64,000 nucleotides of DNA from Eledone cirrhosa. Lineage: Eukaryota. The position numbers were made by a program, and so were the translations under genes. Below are positions 1 through 12,568 of the stretch, piece by piece (the stretch's first letter is position 1; every line of letters starts with the position of its first letter). Location: contig OZ024743.1 in the NCBI GenBank assembly GCA_964016885.1, positions 363,134,001 through 363,198,000 of the forward strand, read 5' to 3'. The notes under the pieces are model-generated. The model was not told where the DNA came from and did not search any database. It was given only the letters and a program-made list of their open reading frames with translations.

Positions 1-788
1 TCATAGATTAGTCATCGGGAAGTGTTTTCTATATATCGGCGTATCGTTTTTTTTTTTATTACGGGGTCATTCTGCAGATAAAAATCGATAGGGGCGTCAC
101 CTTTTTTTAGGTATCGAAAAATAAGATTTTTGGCTCTAGCTCCCACATTTTGCCACCGATTTCGTTCATATTTTAAAGCAAAATAGAATTTATCATTGCA
201 CATCATGTAATGGTTTTATATTTTGCATTTGTTGTTCAGAGACAGCATGGCAGCCGCTTAAATATTCAAAAAATACCACTTTTAGACACACATTTTCACT
301 TTTTCGGCTCTAGCTCCCACATTAATCAACCTACTTTGTTCAAATTTTACACTATGCTAGATCTGATTATTTCACGTCTTAAAGTGGCTTTACATTTTGG
401 ATTTTTTGTTCAGGAAAATACCACCTTTTCGATCAAATATCCGCCTTTTCGACTCTAGTTCCCACATTTTTCAACCGATTTCGTTCAAATTCGAAACTTC
501 GGCTCCACCTCACACATAACTCAATTTATTTGGTTCAACTTTTATACTACGATAGAACCTATCATTGCATATCTTATAGTAGCTTTACACTTTTTGTTCA
601 GGAACGGCGTGGCAGCCGTTTAACTCTTCAAAATACGATTTTTTCCACCTCCAACATATTCCATACGATTTCACTCAACATTTCGCCGTTTGCTACACCT
701 TATGACCAATTTTCAAGAAACTCGCAGTGGCTTAGATCAAAGCAGATATTATTTTACCTACCCAGGCAACGCTGGGTACTAGTGCTAG
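1..788 (+). mobile_element. Non-autonomous Helitron-like element (5' end outside the window)
   Basis: 3' hairpin tacccaggcaacgctgggta followed by CTAG|T; internal repeats of ttttcggctctagctcccacatt. Confidence 0.65.
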
Positions 789-1030
789 TATATTATAAAG
801 GTAACGAAGGTTGTTGGTATTAAGTCACCGTTCTCCGGCCAACGCCTAGCTCACTCAATAAACCTGCCGAATTGTAATCAACTGTTCAGAGTAGCAGATA
901 CTGTGGTTTGGTAGAGATATCGGTAACAATCTCAACTCATGGACGATATTGTTTCTTCACAAATGCATACGAGATGTGTCAGAAAAGTTCCAGGCCTGAT
1001 GTCACAAAAGATTTATTTCAAACCCACCTC

Positions 1031-1078
<48 letters not shown>

Positions 1079-1549
1079 CATTTCAGGAAGGTCCGTCGAG
1101 CTGCGGATTATTGAGTCGGGTAAGATCGATATAGATCGAACCTTGAGCTGATCAGTGGCGAAACGCGCGTCACCTATCAATAAATGCAATGAAGGAATAA
1201 TCAATCGTCCTTTTATCCTTTCTATATATATATATATATATTTCTTTAAGTCGTTTGAAAGCCTCGACAATGCAGATGGGTAAATCTCCGGGTAACAAGA
1301 TCCGGTGGTGGAGAGAGAGATGTAAGTGGGTGTACGTTGAGATGCGTGGCGTGTATAAGACTGTAACGTGTAGAGAATGAAAGAAAGGGCGTAAAGGATA
1401 AAAATAAAAATAACAACACGAGAAAGAGTTACCTTGGGAGAGATTTAATTGTCCCTATATATTTTGGATTCACATCCATCAACTGGGTTTTTTCCGGGGG
1501 GGGGGGTCTGTCGGAAAGGTGCGAAACGTGTCCTCCGCTGTTCGTTGTT

Positions 1550-1598
<49 letters not shown>

Positions 1599-1740
1599 CA
1601 GAAGGATGAAAAAGCAATTTCTACTCTGGGCAGACACTATAGAATTTCCTACAAAAAGTATGTGTGTGAAATGTTCCCAGTAGATAATAAATTATTTTAA
1701 AAAGATTAATTCTAATTTATGTCATTATTATAACGAAGCC

Positions 1741-1929
1741 AAGGGCGATGGATTGGTAGTATCGGTAGAGAGTCGGGCGCCATGCTTTGACGCTTAGAGT
1801 TACGCCCCTTGCCATTCTGAGTTCAAATCCCGCCGAGGTTAACTTTGCCTTTGATCCTTACGGGGTCGATAAAATAAAGTACCAGTAATACACTGGGTAA
1901 TTGCTGGCCTTGTGACAAAAGTAGAAACA
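1741..1929 (+). mobile_element. tRNA-derived SINE, family 1
   Basis: B-box gagttcaaatc; body ...gcctttgatccttacggggtcgataaaataaagtaccag; 17-bp TSD attattataacgaagcc (1724-1740 / 1930-1946). Confidence 0.85.
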
Positions 1930-2650
1930 ATTATTATAACGAAGCCTATGCAAATATACGTGTATATGTAACCAGAATAATGCCAGTCCTTCCTCTAACC
2001 ACCTATCATATCTTCTCTAATTAGCTTATGTCTCACACTTTGCAATGATGAAATAGAAAGTGTTAGAGAGAGAGTGAGAGAGACAGAGTGTGTGTGTGTG
2101 TGTGTGCGTGTGCGTGTGCGTGTGTGTGATTTCTCTACCAGAGCGTTATTTCCTCTGTCGGCTGCATCGGTACCTAATAATAGTTTCTCCGTGTATAGTG
2201 TCTTCAATGTGTGTTGGTTGGTGTGTCGTTATTCAATAAGGGATCTTCCACATAGTTGATCGACCTGCCACAAATAGCAACTAGATCTCACTCAATTCTC
2301 ACCTATAAAGAATATATTAAACAATGTAATTCCTGACATACAAAGAAGATGATATGGTGACGACTACAGACCTGCCAACCTCTAAAAAAAAAACCCAAAC
2401 GAGGAGAAATGCGGCAAAATGCGAAGATTTTATAATGAAAGCTATACCCATTTTCACAAGAGAAGACATCACTCACCCAACCCAAAGCGGGTGTGGGGGT
2501 TCTCCCCGTCGGGCAGGGAGATTGACATGTCTGCGACTAGAGCACCTTCCATCACAAGTCAGTACGATCAAAGCTGCTCTGGTGCAAAACTATAACCAAA
2601 TTTACTTTGAGCCAACAATGAGGGAAGGCATGTAATATATCGACGGTCGA

Positions 2651-2997
2651 TCGACTTTCGTCAAATTAGACCGAGGAAACAATGTTTCCATTGGTATTTC
2701 CAATTGTTAATACTATCTACCAATCACAACTCCGGGTAGATGGAGCAACGTGAATTAAAGTGTATTGCTCAAGGACATAATGTATCACCCAGTCCGCGCG
2801 TGGCAGAGGGGTTAGAGAATTGGAGTCGCAATTGTGAGGTTGTAAGTTCGATTCCCGGACCGGGTGATGTGTTATGTCCTTGAGCAAGACACTTTAATTC
2901 ACGTTGCTCCTTCTACCTGGAGTTTTGATTGATAGATAGTACTAGCAATTGGAAATACCAATGGAAGCATTGTTTCGTCGGTCCGATTTAACGAAAG

Positions 2998-3001
<4 letters not shown>
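2651..3001. repeat. Inverted repeat, 146-bp arms, SINE-derived
   Basis: 2651-2796 is the imperfect reverse complement of 2856-3001. Confidence 0.9.
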
Positions 3002-3036
<35 letters not shown>

Positions 3037-3083
3037 TTTATATATAAATATATATATATACAGTTTGTTCGCTTTTTTATATG

Positions 3084-3130
<47 letters not shown>

Positions 3131-3341
3131 GTAAAAGGAAAAGAAAATGCTGACAAATTGTTCCCAGTGAAAAATAGTTTAATTAGGAATAAGTAAAAAT
3201 TAGTAATAAGTATTGGTTAGTATTCAGTTTTGGTTGTAAGTTTTTACCGGTTGCGCATTTCTAATGCTTTTCAAAAATAATTTTGAGATACTAAAGGTTA
3301 GTATAGCATAATCGAAGCTCTAGCTTGTTCGCTTTTTTTTA

Positions 3342-3369
<28 letters not shown>

Positions 3370-3373
<4 letters not shown>

Positions 3374-3859
3374 AACTATATTAAAGTAAGGAGTGCGGGA
3401 CTGCGACCAGATTATATTTTGTTATCCCGTTTGTAAAATAAGTTGGATTACTTTGAATAAATAATGAATGAATACTACATAATTTGTCTACTAAATTTCG
3501 TTATTCTTCATTAAATATAAATAATTTTGTTGCTTATTTTTTAATATTCACTTCTTTAAAATGTTCAAATGTTAACACTTCCGGTTAGCGATCGCTTAAA
3601 TAAACATTCATATATTTCCGTCACTAATTTTCTCCTAATGCAGATTATATATAATATCGTCTTTTTTTAATGTATCATGGATTACGTTACTGATTACATA
3701 AGACAGTGTAACACAGTTTTCGATCAATTTCTGTGTATATTGTCAATTACGATTTTATTTGATATATCATATCTACATGCATATATACCTGCGTATAATA
3801 TCAATATGCACACTACACATGTTAGCAGAAAACCACCTTACGGGTGGTTTTTCTACTAG
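3370..3859 (+). mobile_element. Non-autonomous Helitron family H2
   Basis: 3' hairpin gaaaaccacc/ggtggtttttc plus CTAG|T; inverted copy at 23067-23599. Confidence 0.78.
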
Positions 3860-4995
3860 TATATATAATTAGGAGACGAAGCATGTCGAATAGAACGGAC
3901 ATAGCTTCGGCTGTTTCTTCACTCACTGAATGGAGAACCAAATTCGTATTATGAAAATTCGAACCCACCTGGGTTAAACAATGAGGAAAACGATTTCATG
4001 TGAGTAAGATGATACAGTACCCGAACTGCTATAACACTTTCAACGGTCCTGAACTGCTGGTCGTGCACCGGGACGTGCAGCCATGTACAGAATATTAGGT
4101 AGTGATAATACACATTACGTAATTAGGCGTAAGAACCTTTCCTCAGTGGGAGGTCACCTCCCTGTTTAAAAAAGACAGAAAATGGCATGTTAGCTCCCAC
4201 AATTGTTAGTCGCGAGTGAAGGTAGCAGTATACCCTTTAGTGACATGAGATGTCACATCAAATAGGAGGTAAGCCAGGTCTGACCGTTACAGGGGAACAC
4301 GATGGCAAAGAAAATTCACATTGAAAAAAATATGATTAATGCAACAAGCGCTCAACCAGTGTGCTTTCAAATAGAAAAAAAAATACAGTACAGCAAACTA
4401 AAAAAATAGTGAAAAAGTTCAACTTACGGTTTAAATGCAGGGGTTAAAATAATTACGAAAAGAAGCAAGTCGAATAGAACGGACATAGCTTCTGCCGTTT
4501 CCTCACTCATGTATATTGTGTTTTTTGTTATACATACCTTCTGATGATGGGCCCAAGTAATTTTGAAAATCGATTAAAGGTGTTTATCATTGGTCTTTTC
4601 TGTGATTATTCTGAGTCCCTTTGATTCTAAGTTCTGTTTCCACAGCATGAATTTCTTCTGAAGTTCTTCCACCGATGATGATGATAATGATGATAAACGG
4701 AATATGAAATAAATAATAAAGACTAATTATATATATGCATCAGAAACCTGATGAGCAAGTTGTATTTTATTATATCATTTCATGTACCAATGTCAGATTT
4801 GGGGTCAAAAGTTCAATCTACTCTCTGGATAGTCCTATCAATCCCTGGATATTGATATCGACCATTTTGGGGGATCTAGATAAGTCCATGTCTAAACATT
4901 TCGTCTATAATTGTCTTTGAGAATTAACAACAGTATATTTTATTAATGTTTTAAAAATTTTGTTTATTTTTTCTTTTTTTTCAGAAAATGCAGAA

Positions 4996-5623
4996 ATGTC
5001 TTTGAGAAGTTACAGTGCATTCGGATCCAACTTTAAGAACCGACATAACTTTGCAAATTCTAGTAACAGATCAAGTTATTCGAGTATTACTTCTTGCAGC
5101 AAAGCAGAGCAGTATTGGTGGAACTATACAGACAATGCAAAAGCTAATTTCCAAAGATCTGTTTCAGTAGACAAACGACCAAGATCTGAAGATGACACAT
5201 GGGACTTAACAGATTCTTTAGCTGACCTTTATAATAAAGTCAATGAGGAAAACATTGCAACAGCAAGCAAATTTACCCATTCTAAAGATTCAGTTAAAGA
5301 TATTGATGTGAAGAAATGGATCGAAGAGGATACCAGTCATGGCTTTATCCGTGTTTTCGTTCCAAATGGAAATATCAACAGCTCCCGTCTTGTACCATGC
5401 AATTTAAGTACCAACACTCAGCGAATATGTGTCCAGTGTGGCATTCCACAGAATTCGCTGCATATTCAGTTCAATGGAGATGTCATTGCAAGAATGGATT
5501 CCACAGAACATCCTTTGGCCATTCAGAATGAATTTCTTGGCAACCTTGGTTACACAGAACCCCAAAAGATTCAAGAAGAAGGATACAATCCAGATTTGTG
5601 TTATCTCATTAAATTCTATCTAG
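4996..5623 (+). CDS. PHLPP: PHLPP coding exon 1 (N-terminus plus RA-like domain)
   Basis: Acceptor ttttttcag ends at 4984; first in-frame ATG at 4996 (MSLRSYS...GFIRVF...SRLVPC...HPLAIQNEFL..LGY...LIKFYL); donor G|gtcagt. The frame is open across the acceptor, so an upstream coding exon cannot be excluded. Confidence 0.85.
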
Positions 5624-5666
5624 GTCAGTTGTAATGCTTTATTCCATTGTTGTATCTGCTTATAAT

Positions 5667-5890
5667 GATTTCTGGTTTAGGTACAAGGCCAACAATTTTG
5701 TGGGGAGGGGAAAGTCAATTATATTGACCCCATTACTGCATTACTGTTGCTTTATTCATCAACCCTGTAAGGATGAAAGGCAAAGTTAACCTCGATGGAA
5801 TTTGAACTCAGTATGTAAAGGGCCGTAACTCTATGCCACTAAGCATGCAGTCAGACGCTCTACCAATTCTGCCAATCAACTGCCCTTATA
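5667..5890 (-). mobile_element. SINE family 1
   Basis: Reverse complement of the family; flanked by tgcttataat repeats. Confidence 0.75.
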
Positions 5891-7312
5891 ATGCTTATAA
5901 TAGCGGCTAATTAGCCGGGTCATTATGGCATTGTTTTAAATGTATTTGTATTCGTTCCAGCTTGCTCTACTGTGTTCAAATCCTGCCGAAGTCGACTTCA
6001 CTTTTCTAGTCGAGGGTCGGTGGATTGGTGGAATTGTTAAAGAGTTGGAGTTTGTGTTTTGCAGTATCTGATTTGGCTCTGTGTGTTCTGAATTCATATC
6101 CTTCTTCTTTCTGCCAAGAATTGTGACCGGCAGATAGTAACAACAATGAAAAGACAAATGGAAATGTAATCACTTTGCTCTGACCTGACAAATAGCAGCT
6201 TTCTTTTTCTGTATCTGCTTGGTAAGAGATTTGTTCTAAGATCAAAAGTGATTATATCAAAAATCGAAATTTCTTGTTCTCTTAACATCAGATCAGTTCT
6301 GATTAGGGCAGGTCTATGATCAAAAGCATTACAGCCTTTTTTTCTCAGAAATATTGTTTCTAGGAGTACATTATCCAATGTATCCTTCAGACATAATGAT
6401 TATATAACATATATTCTTGATTTTCTAAAGCAATAAGAGAAAATTAGCTGTTACAGCTAACAGGCTGAGTAATCATGCAGTGGCTCTTTTGTTTGGCTTA
6501 TAAGGTTGAATTTCATGGTACATTTGCATCATGGTCAATCACACTATTTCACTGAATCATATATTTTATCTTGGGGCAGATATCAATTATTTGGGCATTT
6601 GACAAAATAACTTGTGGTATTTAGTTATGTCCCCTTCTGTTTTCAATTCAATCCTGCCAAGGTTATATTCTGCCTTTCATCCTTCCAGGGTCAATAAAAT
6701 AAACCATCAGCCAAGTACTGTGGCTTATTAAATTGTCTTTAGCTTCTTTTTAAAATTCTGTGGACTTATGCCAATGCTGGAGATCAATTTGTGGTGGATG
6801 TCCTAGCATGATACATGAATTGGCAGAATCAGTAGTGTCAAACAAAAATGCCATGCAGTATTTATTCTGGCTCTTTGCATTCTGAGTTCAAATCCCACTA
6901 AGGTCAACTTTACCTTTCATATTTTGTGAGTCAATGTATAAAGTACAAGTCTATGGTTGTGGACTGGAAGACTCATTAGAGTGTTTGACTGGATACAATG
7001 TGGTATTTGCCCTGACTCTTTGCATTCTGAATTCAAATCCCACCAGAATCTCTACTTGGCTGGTTGCTGTAATCTGTCACTTAGGTGAATACCATCACCT
7101 GGCATTTAATTGCAAGCACTCAGATCAGATTTCTGGTTTGAAGATAAATTCATCTCTTCCCCCCAGCCTCCATTCTTAGAAGCACTAAAAAATGAAAGGT
7201 TCTTGAACTCTTGTGATCCCAGTAAAATAAATGCTAATCTAAGATACTCAGCTATTCGATTAATTATTTATTCTCTTTTACTCAATCAAAACCAAATATA
7301 ATTTCACTATAG

Positions 7313-7447
7313 GGAAACCTGTGCAGGATAGTACTTACACCAGAAATCAGTTGTCTTCAATAGTTTTAGTCAGAAAAGGAAAACTCATCTACCAATGGGT
7401 GCAGCGATTGTGTGCCATTTCTGGCACCCGGCTTTGTATTCACAGAG
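7313..7447 (+). CDS. PHLPP: PHLPP exon 2 (PH domain, N-terminal half)
   Basis: tag|GG...G|gtacgt, 135 nt, phase 1-1; GKPVQDSTYTRNQLSSIVLVRKGKLIYQWVQRLCAISGTRLCIHR. Not in the ORF track. Confidence 0.9.
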
Positions 7448-7859
7448 GTACGTTCACTTTTTTATTTCCACATGAGTTCTTAATTTCTTTATAATGATTA
7501 ATCTCTCTTTATACATATACACATACCAGTGTCATTTATTTTATGATTGTATGTCAATATCAGTTATCTGATATTAACCATCTTTTTTATGTTAACGATA
7601 TTGTTTTTACAAACATGAATTCTTTTATTTTTCATATAGATAGAGATATATACAAGAGGCTTCTACACAATTTCTGTCTATCAAATTTCACTTCCAATAC
7701 ATTGGTGAAGTTGCCACGCAGTGGGACTGAACCCCAAATCATAAGTTTGCTAAGTGAACTCCTTAACCACACAATAATTCTTTCATTTTTGTTAACCCTG
7801 TTTGACCTATACAGTTATAATAACCATACTTAACATATACATTTACACACGATCACTAT

Positions 7860-9120
7860 CATCATTATCATCATCATCATCGTTTTTATGTCTGCTTTTC
7901 CATATTTGGATGGGGCCTTCTCAATACATCATCTCTCTACATGTCATGTTCTTTTGTCATTGCCTCTGTAAGTCTCAGTGATTTGAAGTCAGCTCTCACA
8001 ACCTCTTTTAGTCTACTTCTACCACAACTTCCTTCTACTGGCATTTCCAGGCACTTCTTCACCTGATGATCATTGTCAATGTGCATCACATGTCCAAACC
8101 AATGCATTCTTCTCTCCTGCATACTACCTCAGATTCCTCTTAAACCCAGCTTCTCCTTCAACTCGTTCAAGCTCTTCCTCTCTCTCTCACACTTACATTG
8201 CACATCCAATGGAGTATGGTTGCTGCATTTCTCTCCAATCTATGCACATCATCTGCAGTCACAGCCCATGTTTCACTACCTTGCAGCGTTGCACTTCATA
8301 CATAGGTGTCATACAGTCGTCCTTTTGTGTGTAGGGAGAAACTTTTGTTGGTCAACAGTGGGAGTAGTTCTCTGAACTTTTTCCAACCTATCCTTATTCT
8401 AGCTATTATGCTCTCAGAGCACCCTCCTCTATTGCTAATTACATCGCCTAAATAGCAAAAACTATCACCCCCATTTATGGGTCCTTCTTGTGACTGGAAT
8501 AAGCTTATATCACTCATTATCTTCCCCTCAGTTACCCCTGTGAATCTTCTATAAACAAAGTCTTCACTTCTTGTTAGCCTGCTCATCATCACACTACATT
8601 TCTTGTGTACCCAAGATTTACATTGAGTACATCAAATGGAGTTTATGCCTACTCCCTTTTTACATATTGAGCAGGGCAACTTCACTGATGGCATCAAGGT
8701 CCCATTTTCTCTCCTACACAGTAACACTTTAGTTTTGGCTACGTTTACTCTCAGGCCTTTTGATTCTAAATTCTGTTTCCATTTAACTTATTTTCTAGGT
8801 CTTTGATGGATCTGGCTATAAGGACTGCATAGAAAAGTACCCATGGATAGCCAATCTTAAATTCCTTTGTTATAGCCTCGAGGACTATAATAAATAGTAG
8901 TGGGCTAAGAACCAAACCTTGATGAACTCCTACTTGTACCTTGAATTCCTCACTAAACTCATTTCCTATTCTCACTTTGCTGGCAGCGCCTCTGTACATG
9001 GCTTGCACGGCTCTCTCTCACCAATCATTCTTCTACACCTAATTTCCTTAAGGACCACCAGATAATAGATCAGTCAGGGTACTCTGTCAAACACTTTTCC
9101 TAGGTCTACGAAAGCTATGT
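7860..9120 (-). mobile_element. Decayed RTE LINE fragment (RT/PHD/C-terminus)
   Basis: Minus-strand remnants QAMYRGAASKVRIGNE, GVHQGLVLSP, FCYLGD, QERRMHWFGHV, with frameshifts. Confidence 0.85.
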
Positions 9121-9731
9121 ATGATAAGCACTAGTTATGATAACCACTCTTAATGTATACACTAATGATAGACCTATATGGTTGTTGTAACCACTATCAG
9201 CCTTTACATGTGTGCTAACCATATTCATTCTATATAGCTATAATAACTCTCTTATAATAACCAGGCTGAAAATTACCCCAACAGGCCTGGATAAAGAAAA
9301 TATAACCATTAACAATGTTGTGTGAAGTGGTAGTTTTGCCAAGTACACGTCAATTTCTCTATTGTTGGTGACAATAAAATACACCTAGTACATTCTGTAA
9401 AGTGTTTAGTGTTGATGGCTTGATAAAATGCACTCAGTGCACTCTGTAAAGGGATTAGTGCTAGACCACTGATAAAATACAACCAATACACTCTGTAAAG
9501 TGGTAGTGTTGTTGCCACATTAAAATACACCCAGGATACACTGTTAAGAAGGGTATCCAGCCATAGAGAGCAAGCCAAATATGGAATGTATGAACAAGAC
9601 ATAGTTCTACATCAAAATTAGTATCAGACTGTGACAAGCCATCCAACCCATGCCAAAATTGAAAACAGATGTAAAATGGTAATGATGATGTTGAACATCA
9701 GTAGACATTGGAAAAGATTTTCTATAAGTAA

Positions 9732-10309
9732 CTAGCAGTGGTACCCAGCGTTGCACGGGATAAGGTACTGTGAAATATATAACTTCCTTAGCTAAGCTTA
9801 GTATTGCCACAACCACGGCTGGCAAAGAAGTAAGGGTCTGGTGGTACGTAAGTAAGTAACACTGTGTCTTAAAACGTGAGGAAGAAGTTGTGTGCACTTA
9901 CCAACTGTTTGGGGAATGAGTGTGAGATTTGTCTTGAGCAAGGGTGGCAGCAGACAGCCAGACATACAGACAGATATTATAAGGGCGCGTTCTGGACACA
10001 GAGCAAATTGTAGGAAGTGACGTAATGCAGACAGCCAGACATACAGACAGATATTATAAGGGCGTGACGTTATATGTATGTATCTATCTAAAAAGAGAAA
10101 GACTAAGAATTATAGAGAGAGATCGCTAAATCGCCTAATGCGGTCCCTCGGGCATTGAAAATTTGAAATTTTTTTTTGCTCAGAACACTCGCTGAAACAT
10201 AAGTACTATATGTGTAAAGTTTGAAAACAGTCAGTTGGGTGCTCCTCTAGTTTTAGGGATTCAAACTCACACACACACAGACAGACATCCTCAGTTTTAT
10301 ATATATAGA
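9732..10309 (-). mobile_element. Non-autonomous Helitron family H1
   Basis: Minus strand A|TCTATATATATAAAACTGAGG ... cccgtgcaacgctggg...CTAG|T. Confidence 0.85.
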
Positions 10310-10316
10310 TCTGTAA

Positions 10317-10661
10317 TCATCATCATCATCAATTCGTTTTAAGTCTGCTTTTTCCCTGCTTGCAAGGGTGGGACGGGAACTGATTCTGGCTTGATTTCTA
10401 CAGCTGGATGCCCTTCCTAACACCAACCTCATTTACAGTGAGTGCTGGGTGCTTTTTTGTCGTGGCACCTCCACGACCACTTTGCAGTAGAATGATATGG
10501 ACCTCAGTCCCTATCATCTCATTTCTACAGCTGAGCAAACTGGAGCTATGTGAATTAAAGTGTCTTGCTCAAGGAAACAACACATCACCTGGTCTGAGAA
10601 TTGAACTCACAACCTTTCGATTGCCAGGCCAATGCTCTAACCACTAAGCCATGTGCCTCCA
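10317..10661 (-). mobile_element. tRNA-derived SINE family 2 with RTE-derived 3' end
   Basis: Minus strand: A-box tggcttagtgg, B-box gagttcaattc; 3' part matches the RTE-B 3' UTR; (GAT)n tail. Confidence 0.85.
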
Positions 10662-10889
10662 TCTAATGACCATCTAATTAGAGGAAGTGGACCTCAGGCA
10701 ACACTCTAAGATCGCTCTCTGCATAAAAGCTTCATAATGGTGATAACAACAATGACAATGCTGCTGCAGCTGAGGATGATGATGATGATGATAATGATCT
10801 GTATACGTATGTTATATAATCCCATTCTAAACACAGTTTATTGAGTTTCTTTAAAGCCTTCTATTTCGATTTTGTTTCTTCATTTGCAG

Positions 10890-11071
10890 ATAAGTTTCCT
10901 ACCTCAAAGAAATCAATAATGCAATTGGCCAAAGGTTATGTGGAAGAATTGAAATTTAAAGACCATCCAAATGTTCTCAAAGTGACAATTACATTACATG
11001 GGGAAAGGTCAGTCTACCTCTCTTTCAACAACACCAACATTTACAGTAAGTGGCTTAAACGAGTTCAAAAG
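10890..11071 (+). CDS. PHLPP: PHLPP exon 3 (PH domain, C-terminal half)
   Basis: ttgcag|AT...AAG|gtaagt, 182 nt; DKFPTSKKSIMQLAKGYVEEL...YLSF...YSKWLKRVQK with the PH terminal-helix Trp. Confidence 0.92.
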
Positions 11072-11654
11072 GTAAGTTACATTTCAATACATTTTATAAT
11101 CAATATTAATGTTAACAATGGTTTATCTAGTCACTACAAATAATGTGATATAATATAATCTGTCAAATAGAATAACATTGTAAATAGATTTATAGAGAAT
11201 AGGAAAGAGTCATGTATGTTATGAAGTTAATGCTTTTTTTCTGATAGTCATAAACTATGTAGGAGAAATAACAGCAAAACTCTAAAATTAAACAAGACTG
11301 GTGTAATACACTAACTAACAAGAGAAGTCTATAATCCCCCAGCCCTTACAGAAATAAGAATATAATGCTACATACACCTGAGAAGCACAGGGGTATGCTA
11401 GATTATGCAGTAGAAAATCACATGAAACTATAAATAAAAATAGTAATAATAATAATAATGATTTCTAATTTTGGTACTAGGCCAGCAATTTGTGGGGAGA
11501 GAAAATTCAGTTATATCAATTCCAGTACTTCACCGGTACTTTAGTTTATCAATCCTAGAAGAATGAAAGACAAATTTAACTTTGATGGGATTGAACTCAG
11601 AATGTAAAGAGAAGGAAGAAATACTGACTATCTAACAATTCTGATAAACGTGGT

Positions 11655-11945
11655 GAAGCGAGGTCTCAGATATTTCTAAGGCTTTGAACAGGGCTTAGTC
11701 TCTTTCAAAAGTTATGGGTTTATGGTGATACTTGACAGATTTTCTAACTGATTGAGTTTTTCTTATCGAATCACAAACCAAAGGTTGTCTTGAATGACTA
11801 ATCTTCTAGGTCTTTTCACATTAATGTAGGTGTTTTTCAGGGCTTTATATTGGGTCCTATATTGTTCTTAAATTTCATCATTGATCTTCACAATAATATA
11901 ATTTCTCAGTTTGGTTTATTTGCTGATGATACAATTCATACATCC
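11655..11945 (+). mobile_element. Decayed CR1/L2-type RT fragment
   Basis: GVFQGFILGPILFL.FI.DL ... LFADDT remnants. Confidence 0.6.
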
Positions 11946-12392
11946 TTCATACATATAAAAAATGAAACATTGAATGACAACTTAAAAAGATGTGTGTGGT
12001 AGGACACACAAGTTATATAAAAATAAGGAAAGGGTGAAAGAAAAACCAGAAAATTTATTTCAAAAGGAGCAAACAAATAGCTTTAAAAAAATAACCCCTC
12101 TACACATAGGAGAGAAGTCACAATCTGCTCTTATCCTTCAGTCCTGATTACATAACATCTGTAATCTTTCCATAAACTGTTTGAGGCTGGATATTCCAGA
12201 ATTTTCTTTGAGGAGTTATTGGATGAGGATGAGTGGATAGGAGCTCAAGTTTTGCAGTTAGTTGATGTATAATAAATATTATGCAAGCACTTTATCACTC
12301 ACTGATATTTTTATATGGATCTCTCATGTATATAAATGTATATGATTTTTTTTAAAATTATGTATCTGGAATGTATTATTTTATTTTGACAG

Positions 12393-12568
12393 GCAACAGC
12401 TAAACTTCCAACAAAGGCAGATTTATCTAAATGTAATTTAGAATTTCTACCTGATACCATTTTTATTAATGAAGATTTGAGGACCCTAAACCTACGACAT
12501 AATGTCTTAAGAGAACGACCACTGGAAGAAGACATTCGCACTATTGGCTGGCTGGATGATTTACCCAG
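12393..12568 (+). CDS. PHLPP: PHLPP exon 4 (start of LRR)
   Basis: gacag|GCA...AG|gtatgt, 176 nt; ATAKLPTKADLSKCNLEFLPDTIFINEDLRTLNLRHN... Confidence 0.92.

Noticed and set aside
3677-3859. 60-aa ORF repeated at 23067-23249
   Set aside because: Both lie inside copies of the same non-autonomous Helitron; the similarity reflects repeat copy, not coding constraint.
10590-10661. tRNA genes at A/B-box sequences (also 1750, 2800, 39265, 51570, 62585)
   Set aside because: No complete cloverleaf; those I could follow continue into SINE bodies, so I read them as SINE heads.
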